Of a DNA stretch of 64,000 nt, positions 20,983-32,368 are shown piece after piece. Made by a program: the position numbers and the translations under genes. The notes under the pieces are model-generated. The model made no database searches. It had not been told where the DNA came from and saw only the letters and a list, made by a program, of their open reading frames with translations. The DNA is from Geosiphon pyriformis uo1. Its lineage: Eukaryota > Fungi > Glomeromycota. The stretch's first letter is position 1, and every line of letters starts with the position of its first letter. The stretch is from positions 437,222 to 501,221 of the forward strand of contig JAAOMT010000659.1 in NCBI GenBank assembly GCA_016748015.1, in the 5' to 3' direction.

Positions 20983-21478
20983 CTATCTTTAAGTTTTATA
21001 CAAAGTCAACAATTTTTTTACTTATAGTCTTGGCACAACTAAAAATATATACAGCCTCCAAATACTATTTCTTAAACACAAAATTTTTATACAAAATAGT
21101 ATAAATGATATTATTAAATACATATAAAAAAAGCATTTGTAAAACACAAGACAATAACAAGTTCAAACTTAATATAGAACTTTATTAAACCAAATGATTT
21201 AAGCAAATTTTTGTGAACAACAAAATCTATTTTGTATATAAAAAAATGATTATAAAGTTCTATATTCTCATAATGAAAACACAATACATTAAGATATTTC
21301 TTATTATATAAGCATTTATAAACAGCAACAGACAAATAACAATATAAAGTTTTTATAAAATATAAATGCAAATTAGTAATAAGTTTATTTGTAAACCAAA
21401 AATCATATACAAATTAAGATACTAAACTAATAATGTCTAAATTCAATCTATATTTTTAATTATGTTTTCATTAACCAC

Positions 21479-22962
21479 TGTTACTTATAAAGAAAAACAG
21501 ATATAGAAAATAGTAGACCAATAAGGAAGTAGTAGTTAACACATGAGCACATTGCTCAAAAAATTATAACATATTGCTTAGGAATGTGAGCAATCTTGTA
21601 GAACATAAATTTATATATATATAGCAGTAGTATTAAAAGCTAAAAAATAAGTCAATTAGACTCAAAGTCAAGAAAACTGAGAATTAGTAGAACTTTTAAA
21701 GTCAATTAGACTTGCAAGTCATAATTATTAAATACTCTTCTTTCAAAAGATAAAATACTATAACTTAAAATAAAATTACTCTCATATTAATGAAATTATC
21801 TATTATCTTTAAATCCATGTTATTATCTACTACTTAACCTGCTGGCACAATAGCTCTTAATCACGACTATTAACAAAACACTTATTTCTTTATTTTTTTT
21901 TATTTTTTATTTTTTTCTTTTGTTGTTTACTAAATTGATTAAAAAAATTAAGCACTAAGTTATTAACATCAAGAATTGCTTGGTAAAAAACCTTTGCGAG
22001 TAGATAGAGCATGTAAAAGAATTATGGATTACTTATTAAAGAAGTATTGGCCATTAAGCTAAAGAAAAAAATTGACAGAATTGTGATTCTGAGAAGCTAC
22101 GAATAAACAACTATTAAATCTCTGTTGGATTATACCTCACAGGGAGCACCAAATGTTACAGATGATTATTTGGAGTCTTAAAGCAAATAACAAACTTGTA
22201 ACTTGGTGCTCAATTAATATAATATTGTTGGTAATATCTGAAGGTGTTGTTTGTCTAAAGGTTTTGGTTAAGTTCTTTGTATAATAAACAGAAATTCAAT
22301 AATTGTTTATTTGTAGCTTCCCAAAATCACAATTCTGTCAATTTTTTTTTTCAGCTTAATGGCTGGTACTCTTTTAGTAAGTAATTCATAATTTTTTTAC
22401 ATGTTCTATCCACTTGCAGAAGTCTTTTACTAGGCAATTTTTGACATTAATAACTCAGTACTTAATCCTTTTAATCAATTTAGTAAACAACAAAATAAAA
22501 AAAAATAAAATAAAAAAAATAAAAAAAAATAAAAAAATAAGTGTCCTGTCAATAGCCATAATTAAAAGCTATTGTGCTAGCAGGTTAAATAGTGGATAAT
22601 AACATAGATTTAAGGATAATGAATAATTTTATTAATATAAGAGTGATTTTAATTCAAGTTATAATATTTTATTTTTTGAAGGAAGAGTATTTAATAATTA
22701 TGATCTGTGAGTCTAATTGACTCTAAAAGTTCTACTAACTCTTAGTCTTCTTGACTTTGAGCTTAATTGACTTATTTTCTAGCTTCTGATACTACTACTA
22801 TATATACATAAATTTATGTTCTATGAGATTGCTCATATTCCTGAACAATATGTTATGATTTCTTGAACAATATTCACATTGCTGAGCAATGTACTCATGT
22901 GCTAACTACTACTCCTTTATTGGTCTATTATTTTCTATATTTGTTTTTCTTTATGAATAACA
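21479..22962. mobile_element. Inverted-LTR fold-back element (partial + strand LTR 21479-22126, PBS 22135-22151, complete - strand LTR 22154-22962); LTR related to element C
   Basis: Arms 21479-22126 and 22287-22962 are reverse complements. Both outer ends are TGTTA U3 ends. Flanks are ccac/tcat. Confidence 0.9.
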
Positions 22963-25310
22963 TCATATTAAACTTAAGTTTAATTTTTTAATAAACATAA
23001 TAAACAGTCTTAAAAACATTTTAAACAAAATGATAAATATTTTTAGATATTGCAAATATATTATTAATTATAAAAAATATAAATTAATTATTGAATTATA
23101 TAATAAAAATTTATTAATATAATTTAAAAATTATTAATTTTGTATTTTTATGTAGTTATCTAAAATATATTAATATAATATTTATAAATAAATAGACAAA
23201 TAATGTTATTTTTTTGGTTTTTTAAAATAATTAAAATTTACATAATTGCTTTTAAAAAATCTGTATAATTATATAATTTTTTAAGTAAATAATTTAAAAT
23301 AATCAAAAATAATATAAAAACTAAATTAATTTTGTATTATGTAAATTATTAAATCAATTAAATTAAACTTTAAAATTTAAATTATATACTTTTTTAAAAT
23401 AATATTATATAATACAAAATAAATATTAATTAAAAAAAACTTGGATTTTGTTTAAAATATACATAAATATTTATGTTAATTCAGAAAAAATAAAATTGTT
23501 TAATTTTGTTAATAAGTATTTATAATTATTTAGTTTTTTTAAATAAGAAAAAAATTGATTAAATAAATTTTTTAACAAATTTAAATTTATTATGTATTAG
23601 ATTTAAGACTTATAAAACATAATTTATTATAAAAAAAATATTAATACAAAGTTTTTATTAAAAATAAAAGTATTAATATTTTATATAATTAAAATTTTTA
23701 TTAATATAAATTTAAATAAATAGCAATTAATAATTAAGTTATAAATAATAAATTATATAAATAATATAATTTAAGTAGAAAATAATTTTTTAAAGTTTGA
23801 TTTTATATTAGAAAAAATCTGTTAAGATTTTAAGTACATATTTTTTAAAAATTATAATATAAAAAATAAAAATATTGATTTTTATAAATTATATAACAAT
23901 AAATAAAAAACAGATACAAATAATAAATTATTAAAATTAATACAATATATATAATACTTAGTAAAAAATTAGATATTTTGATTAATAATACTATTAATTT
24001 TGGTATTGTTTATAAATTTTAAAAAGTTAGATATTAAAGTTGTATTATTTAAAAATAATAACTTATCTATTATAAAAAAAAATTGTTTTCAAAAATTCTA
24101 TAAATATAATGCAAAAAATTTTGATATAAAAATAAAATATAAGATAGAAATAATCTTAATATTTTATATCTAATTTTTTATTAATAAATATAAATTATTA
24201 TTTGAATTGGTTAAACTATTATTTTGTCTGTTTTAAGTTATTAAAATTGATTAGAACTTTGAATTTTTAAAATAATATATAAAATATAGTTTTAATTAGT
24301 TCAAATAATTGATTATGTATTATAAATTTATAAACTATATTTAATTTAAAATTAATATTGTTATATTGTATTAAGTAATAGTTAAATTACGTTTATTATT
24401 ACATAATAACAATAAAAAATTAAATTATAAAATAATAATAAAATTTTAATTGATAACACAAAATAAAATAAAAATTTATATTAAATTCAAGTTAAATTTA
24501 ATTTATAATATTATATAATATAATTTTTAATTAGTTTAATAGATTTGGTAAATATTTAATTTATTAATTTAATTTGGTTTAATTTAAAATAATATTATAA
24601 AAAATAAAATTGTTTACCAAGTTTTTATATTATTTTCAAATTTATAATATATTATAATAATTTTTTTATAGTTTAATATAGATTAATTAATTTTTATAAT
24701 ACACATTGCATTTTTGCCTTTATCATATTGTTGCTTTATTTATCATAGAATGTAGGTTTTGATGGCTTTTTGGCTCTTGATAATTAAGGTATTTATAAAA
24801 AATTGTTAATGTTTTTTTGCTTGGATATTACTATTAAAAAAAAGTTTAAATAATTATTGAGTTATTTTAGTTCTTTTTTGTTATTAAATTTTTAAATTTT
24901 TAATATTTAGGTATTGAATTTTTTTAATATTTATAATTGTACACATTTTTTTGATAATTCTAAATAAATACTATTATTAAAGCTTATTAAATTTTATAAC
25001 ATCTATTTTTAATAAAAAACATTGTTTTTTAAATTTTTTGTTAAAATAATAACAAATATTATTTTTATTCATTTAATAATAATAAAACCTGTTATTTTTT
25101 ATGATTTTTTATTTTATTAAATTGTAAAAAGTTATTCATTAGATCATTCCTAAAATTATTATTTTTTATATCACAGTATAAGAATATGTCTAAAATCGTA
25201 AAATTTAACTTTTAGCCTAAATATAAATGTATTTAACCTAATGAATTACACGTGAAAATCGAAGTTATACTATTTGATGTGGATCTCGAGCGATTTTCCG
25301 TCTTTAAAAA

Positions 25311-27357
25311 ATGGCACTTCCAAAACTCACTAGTGTCTCTACACTCGAGACTTCTGGTTATGATGGGGCTGTCATAATTTTTTCAGATATTAAAAGCATA
25401 CAGCCCCCAAATGCAAGAGTTTCATATGCAGCTACTATACAACATTATGCCTCTATTGACAAGAGCTTTGGTGAGGAGGTAATTCTTATAGCTGACGTTA
25501 ATGCACCTGGTGGTAGGCTGGTTTTGGCTCCAACTGGAAGTTTGAACGACGACGTTGATGATGTTAGAAGGTTTTTTGGTGAGCTTCTCCTTCTCTCTTC
25601 ACGCCCGGAGTTTTTTTTTCGAAGTTTTCTTTTACCCACCTTAAATGCTAGACGTTGCCAACAAAGCCACAAAGCGCGCTATCACAGCAGGAATACGTAA
25701 ACCACTCTTTTATTTCGCTGACCCGCCTTTGGAAAACAATGAACAATATGAGAAATTTGTTCAAGTTACTCTTTTGGGTGCATTGGATGCCGCTTTTCAA
25801 CAGTTAACTTTTCGCGAACATAGTGCAAAAATCGGAAAACCATGGAGACAAATAGATGAGATTGGAATCGTACTGGAAGGTTTGCTTGATTCATCAGAAG
25901 TGTCAGATAGCTTGTTTAAAACAGTCATTGCAATCGAGGAGGGAAAGAGAGTGGTCAAAGGTGAGGTAATCTTTTTACCTTTATCAGAAATTGATCTTGT
26001 AATAAGCTTTGCATTTCTTTTAGACCTTGGATCCCCCGACCCCGAGCGCATGTCTCCTTTAAATTTTACGAATTACGTAAGGGAAACCTTTGAGGATTGT
26101 GAAAACATCCATGTCACGGTAATTGATGATTTGAGCGTTATTGCGCAAGAGTATCCCTTATTATACGCTGTAACAAGAGCATCACTTCCTGGTTTGTGCT
26201 AATTATTTTTACCTGGAATTTTCTCAATTTCTCATTAATAATTTAATTCTTTTAATAGTGAAAAGACATCACCCACGAGTTGTTAAACTTGAATATAAGT
26301 CACCCGAACAATCCAAAGTAAAAGAAAAGTTAAGTGCCTGCACTCGTTTTTCTATTGGTCATATAAATTTCAATCTTCAATTCAGATTTTTCTCATAGTC
26401 TCTTCTTCGTTGGCAAGGGGGTTACCTATGATACCGGTGGCGCTGATATCAAAGCGGGGGGTCACATGCGAGGTTTGAATTTTATTACTAAATTTTCCGC
26501 ATCTTTTAACGTAAATATGTTTAACACTATCTTTAGGGATGTCACGAGATAAATGTGGTGCTGCTACGGTGGCAGGATTTTTAAAGACAGTTTCAAAATT
26601 GAATCCTGAAAATATTAATGTGACAGGAGCTCTTGCACTCGTTAGAAACAGTGTTGGTTCCGATTCATATGTTAGTGATGAGGTGATTTATTCCAGAGCT
26701 GGGGTGCGTGGTACGTAACGATGAAACATCTTTTATTTTGTTTGTGATTATGTAAAAGGTCAAGTTAAATTTACGATATTCACCAAGCTTATCATTTCAC
26801 ATCGGAATTCAGTTTTGGTCGGTAATACCGATGCTGAAGGCCGCATGGTTATGACCGATTTGCTAGCAGAATTCAAAGATCTCGCCTTGAATAGCAATTC
26901 GAATATCCCATCGCGACTCTTCACAGTCGCCACATTGACAGGGCACGCTTGGATAGCATGTGGTACATATGGTGTAACTCTTGACAATGGCCCCGCTAGA
27001 AAAGCAGGGATAAGTGATCGTGTTGCTCGTGCAGGCCATATTTGGGGTGATCCTTTTGAAATATCCACTTTGCGTCGAGATGATTATAAATTTGTTGAGC
27101 CTGGTAGTAATCGCGAAGATGTGGTACAAGCCAATGATCGCCCATCTACTCAAACCTCCAGAGGGCATCAATTTCCCGCTGCCTTTATGATCATTGCCTC
27201 CGGCTTAAACAATAATAGTTTGAAGGCGCCAAAAGAAAAGCAACTTTGCTATACCCATTTAGATATTGCGGGTAATTCTGAAGTTTCGGCAGAGGGCTTA
27301 AGTCTGGGAACAGTAACAGGATATCCTATCACTGCTTTGGCAGGAGCATTTTTGTAA
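25311..27357 (+). CDS. M17 leucyl aminopeptidase family protein, 7 exons
   Basis: Exons 25311-25578, 25652-25960, 26024-26191, 26259-26328, 26399-26472, 26537-26710, 26813-27357 with GT-AG introns. Motifs VGKGVTYDTGG..IK, MSRDKCGAA, NTDAEGR, ATLTG, HLDIAG. Confidence 0.93.
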
Positions 27358-27806
27358 CAGAATATTTATAGTTTAGGACTTATGTTATGTATTCCTGATC
27401 TTAGTAAAAAAAAATACAGTTTCGCAATGTTGATTAGGCTGATTTATATTTTCGATTATTTATTAGCATGATGCTGAAGGATAAAAATATATGGGACGAA
27501 AAAAAGCAATAACTCATTATTCGTTTTCATATGAAGTTATCAACATTATGCTAATCAAGATTTACTATTTTGAGCATTATCAGGACAATCCCAGAATCCC
27601 CGAATGATTATAACTATAACCGAAACCTCAAGAATAAGGACAGTATTTCACCTTATTCATTTCGTCGTGGCTTTCATAGTGACCATGCGACAGTTAATCA
27701 TTTGCTATTTATTTTTAAGAATATATTAAGGTTTTTAAGAATAGATAGGATTGTGGATGGTAGGCAATTAGTAAAGCGACTTTTCCTTATTCCAGTGCTG
27801 ACTGGT

Positions 27807-28980
27807 TTATGTTCTTTTTTTTTCTTGCCCCTTCTGTTTAAATTAGAATAAAAGTATTAGAACATATAAATTGGTAAACAAATATTTCCTAATGATACTC
27901 ACAGCCAAAATATCGCTAAATTCTTGGAAGGGGGAAGGCTCGAATTTGGTATCTATCCACAAGTCAGGTGTCAGGAAGGCGTAGGTGTTGCCAATAGCGG
28001 CGAAAGTAGCCTTGACAAAATTGCCCAAAGTACGGGTAGAACCGCGGGAAGTGGTATAACAGTCGGTGATACCAGCAAGTTGTAAAAGCTTCTTTGGGGT
28101 AGGAGCCGCGACAATTCCAGTACCACGTGGTGCAGGGACGAGGCGACAGATAACAGACCCACATCTTCCAGTAACTTTCGAAGGAACAGTGTGCGGTTCA
28201 CCTAGGGAAGAGCCCCAATAACCACGTCGAACCGGGATGACGGAGAGCTTAGCAAGGATGATCGCACCACGTATTGCAGTCGCTACTTCCTTTGAGCATT
28301 TTACCCCAAGCCCTACATGCCCATTGGAATCACCAATAACAACGAAAGCCTATATGATAAGGGATTGAATGTTAAGACTTGGGTACGCGAGTTCATTGAA
28401 TTGATTCAAGATTCTTGATTGGCACCTTAAATCGAGTCCGTTGACCAGCACGGGTTTGCTTCTGAACCGGCATTATTTTCATGACCTCATCCTTCAATTT
28501 AGGAAGGAAGTGATCTACAATTTGGTACTCTTTGATTGGCAGGGAAAAGAGATAGATTTGCTCAATGTCCTTTATTTTCCCTTCTTTTACAAGACGCCCA
28601 AGTTTGGTTACTGGCACCCTATGAAGATGACCAGAAAAAATGTGTAATTGAATCGTAAAAAGTTTATAACACGATAATATAGATCATCAATTCACCATTC
28701 TTTTTCATCCTCTTTACGAGCACCGCGACGGCCCCGACCCCGTCCACGACCACGTCCTCTGTCACCACCGCGACCACGTCCGAAACCACCACGTCCTATG
28801 CATAATGTTTTAACATATTATTTAAAAGGGTGAATATTTTTTAGAATAAGGGATATTTGTTATATTAAGCAAGCAGAAGGGTTTTAACTTCAAGAAATAT
28901 TGCTAATCTTATCCGAATCACATTCTATATATAAAACGAAACTTACCCCCACGACTATCGGCCGGTGCTGAGTCAGCCAT
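27807..28980 (-). CDS. RPS2: 40S ribosomal protein S2 (uS5), multi-exon
   Basis: RG-rich N-terminus, [51 protein letters not shown]. Last mini-exon KGQEKKRT*. Probable 5'-UTR intron 28984-29147. Confidence 0.97.
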
Positions 28981-29457
28981 TTGCTGTCAGTTTAGAGTAT
29001 TTTTATTATTAGTTGTGTGTCAAGAAGTAAAATATTTAGAGACACCTTCCAAAGTAGGAAATTATTTTTACAAAATGAAAATTTCAAACTTCCCAACTAA
29101 AGAGCTCGAGCTAGTATGAATGATATTAAGGATGGATTGATACTCACATAATCTTTTTAAGTTTGGATAAACCTTTGGTTGGGTGGAGGATCGAAAGAAA
29201 GAAAATTATTTCACAATTCTTTTGTCTTTATTCGAGTTACCCCACTAATGGCTCACTCCTGATTGGTAAATATCGAGATCTCTAATCAAGTGACCAAAAA
29301 TGAATCTTGAAGAACGTAAAAAAAATACAATTCATCATTTCACTAATATATTTTTATTTGACAAACCTCATTAATCACTCACTTAAAAAATAAAATCATT
29401 GTAACATCACCTTCAAAAAAAATAAAAATATGTTAAATATATTTTTTTAAGCTACAA

Positions 29458-29481
29458 ATATATATATATATATATATATAT
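29458..29481. repeat. (TA)n microsatellite
   Basis: Direct reading. Confidence 0.9.
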
Positions 29482-29968
29482 TATCCAAGTTATTTTATTA
29501 TTATAAATAATGATTAATTATAATTACAATTCATAACATCACTTAAAATTTAATTTATCACAAAAAACATTAAATTTTTTTAAAATATTAATCAAATTAT
29601 TGTATAAATAGATAATGATTTTTATAATTAATAATATAATTAATTTTTTATATCAATAATAGTTTTAATTTATTTTTATGTATTAATTTTTTATATGCAA
29701 TCTTTCTTCATAAAATTACATTTTTTCTGATTTTTAATTTAATGTTTTAATTGAATTTTATTTTTTTATATTATTAATATATTTTTTAAAGTATTTTAAT
29801 TTTTTAATTTTGAATCTGATATAATTGATTTTAATAAATATGTTTTTAGATAAATAAAGTATATTAAATAATATTTTTTAATAAATATACATTTGTAATT
29901 ATAATATTAATTTAAAACAAAGTTTTTTAATTTTAATACTATTTCAAATGCAAAAATAATAACAAGTA

Positions 29969-30009
<41 letters not shown>
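29969..30009. repeat. (TAA)n microsatellite
   Basis: Direct reading. Confidence 0.9.
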
Positions 30010-30010
<1 letters not shown>

Positions 30011-30628
30011 CTAATTAAATATTTTTAATGCTAAAATTTCAACAAATTTTTTGTTTTATCAGTTGGTTTCATAAATTATTTAATGCATATTTTATAATTT
30101 AAAAACTTAATCTATATTCAGACAGTATTTTACAATATTATGCAAATAAAATAAATATTAAATACCTTAGATTATGTTAACTAATAAACAATAAAACAAT
30201 ATTAAAAATATTAAAATCAAAATTAACCAATAACAAAAGTTTATTACAGTTAATAAAATTTATAGTTTTGCCATATTATTATAATAAAATCTTTTTAATA
30301 ACTATTTTAAACAGTTAAAAATTTAAGACCACTTTTTATTTTATTGTATTTTATATTGCCAAAATATTTAAAAACTGTTAAATATCAATTTTAAAAATTG
30401 TTTTATTGTTTAAAAAAATTATATATATATTAAATATAAAGATAATAATTTGTGTAATTATAAAAATACATTTAATTTTTTTGGTACCTATAAATTATTT
30501 ATAATTCACGTTTTTTTTATTATGTTAATTAATTCAAATTTTTGATTCCAATTTTTTTTTTTTTACTTTTTTTTATGAAATTTTGAAAATGGGTTTTAAT
30601 TAATGTGTAATTCAAAATTTTTTTTTCA

Positions 30629-30662
<34 letters not shown>

Positions 30663-31145
30663 ACAAATTTGATAAATTTATATTTAAAAATTCCTTGTAA
30701 AAAAAATGATTATAATAAATAATAACATTATCTTTAAACTCAAAATTCTTTACCATAAAACAGTTGTTTTTATATAACAAAAAGTTAATTTAGAGTATTT
30801 GACTTGATCTGTTAAGTACGTTGAAAACTTTAAAATTTTGAGTAAAATTAATCAAAATTGATTTTCATCATTACTAAATATTTTATTTATTTATTTCCCG
30901 ATATTTAAGAAACTCTGATTATTTATTTTTCGACAAACTCGCACACAATCAAAACTAGCCAATTAAGGCCTTTATTATCTTCTTATAAGGAAATCTATGA
31001 AGAAGTACTTCAAATTAAAAAAAAAAACAATTAAGCTATTACATGTAATTATTTTACACTAATAAAGGGGATTAATAGAAAATTTCCAATTGTTTTTCTA
31101 TCAACCAATCTATTAATATTCAAGAATTTGACAAGATAAAAAAAT

Positions 31146-31561
31146 TTAAAGAATTTTAACAAATCCTTGAATCAATAAACACAAAACGGTTCCAAATACA
31201 AGTTTATAAATCATTTCGACTCTCTTGGCGCCACTGCTAGGCGACGGCGCGGGGAAGCTATCTCCATCTGAGGGTGATGGTGAGGCTTTATTTGTTGAGG
31301 TACTGACAGTGGTACTTGAGGAATTTTTTCCATTTGAACCAGAATTTTCTTCAGCATTAGAACTAGAGTTCGAGTTTTTATCAGTAGAGTTGGAACTGAG
31401 AGTTGTATTTCCACTTGAAATTGTGCTATTTCCACCGTTTTTATTGGTATTTGTCGTATTTGAATTTATAGTTGAATTGTTGGAGACGTTATCTTTTGAG
31501 GAAGAGGAAGAGGAAGAAGTAGAAGTAGAAGTAGAAGTAGTATCATTTCCTTTGTTGTTGC

Positions 31562-31592
<31 letters not shown>

Positions 31593-31763
31593 AGTATTAG
31601 TATTAGTATTAGTATTAGTATTAGTATTAGCAGCATCTTTTCCGCTATTGCTGCTTGTATTGTTAGAGGATGGCTCAGCTGCGTTGGTAGTTGGCGAAAG
31701 TATTAGAGCAGTTGCAATCAGGAGAAAAAGGTTTAAAGAAAGAAGGAAAGTTGACGAACGCAT
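31146..31763 (-). CDS. Secreted, probably GPI-anchored Ser/Asn/Thr-rich low-complexity surface protein (205 aa, intronless)
   Basis: Hydrophobic signal peptide (..TTNA/AE), disordered S/N/T body with many N-x-S/T sequons, small-residue SSGA site, short spacer, then a hydrophobic C-terminal tail. Confidence 0.8.
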
Positions 31764-32368
31764 CTTGTGATTTTGTCTAATAAAATCTGTTTTAATGTTT
31801 ATTTCAAAAGAAATTTCTAAAGGTTATGAAAAAAAATTTATATTCAAAAACTTGAAAAAAGAGGATCCTTTAAATATCTTTCTTGTACTTTTTCACCGTT
31901 CAGGATCTGTTTCAAATTAAAAATATTTTGCCAACTCATTTATTTAGAAAGTTGAACACGACCTTGTCTTAATCTATTATAAATATAATTGCTCATTTTT
32001 TTGAAAGTTTTTCGATGAGGAAATGAAAAAAATGTATTAACCATGTACGCACGCTATCACTAAAATTGATTCGTGCGTGTTTACCTCCTCCAAATCTATT
32101 TTTAAAATGAATTTTTTTTAGATTACCAAAAAACGTGAAATATTGCTTGTAAAAGGAAACACCGCATTAAGCGATAATATCATAATTTTTGAGTTTCACA
32201 ATGGGCGTCATCTTATTTGTAAGGTATAATCTATTCCCAATAACCTCGTTTCAGGCAATGTAGATGTAACGCCATGAAACTATGCCCAGTAAAGATCTTT
32301 CCTAAAAATAGCCTGCTGCACAAATTTTTGTAATTTTCGAGAAAACATCTAATTATTTTTCTCGCAAA

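Larger units (their letters stand above)
3324..23150 (-). mobile_element. Decayed LINE 3' part, split by insertions into 3324-3700, 20983-21478 and 22963-~23150
   Basis: 3324-3458 is the reverse complement of the LINE 3' UTR/tail (cf. 51547-51679). ORF 21114..21371 (KCLYNKKYLNVLCFHYENIELYNHFF) matches KQLYNRLYPSMLCLYCGNVEMLDHVF. The reading frame continues across both insertion sites when one 4-bp TSD copy is removed. Right boundary approximate. Confidence 0.85.

Noticed and set aside
22137-22295. Open frame of about 50 codons running through U5 and ending in the PBS (..IICNIWCSL*)
   Set aside because: The related element C LTR is frameshifted relative to it and no clear start is visible.
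30529-30780. Short ORFs in AT-rich DNA (also 8..211, 22414..22599, 60131..60349)
   Set aside because: Low-complexity I/K/N/F composition; chance frames or antisense to decayed TE sequence.
31225-31770. 181-aa Leu/Val/Glu-rich + strand ORF
   Set aside because: Antisense shadow of the microsatellite-rich gene on the minus strand.
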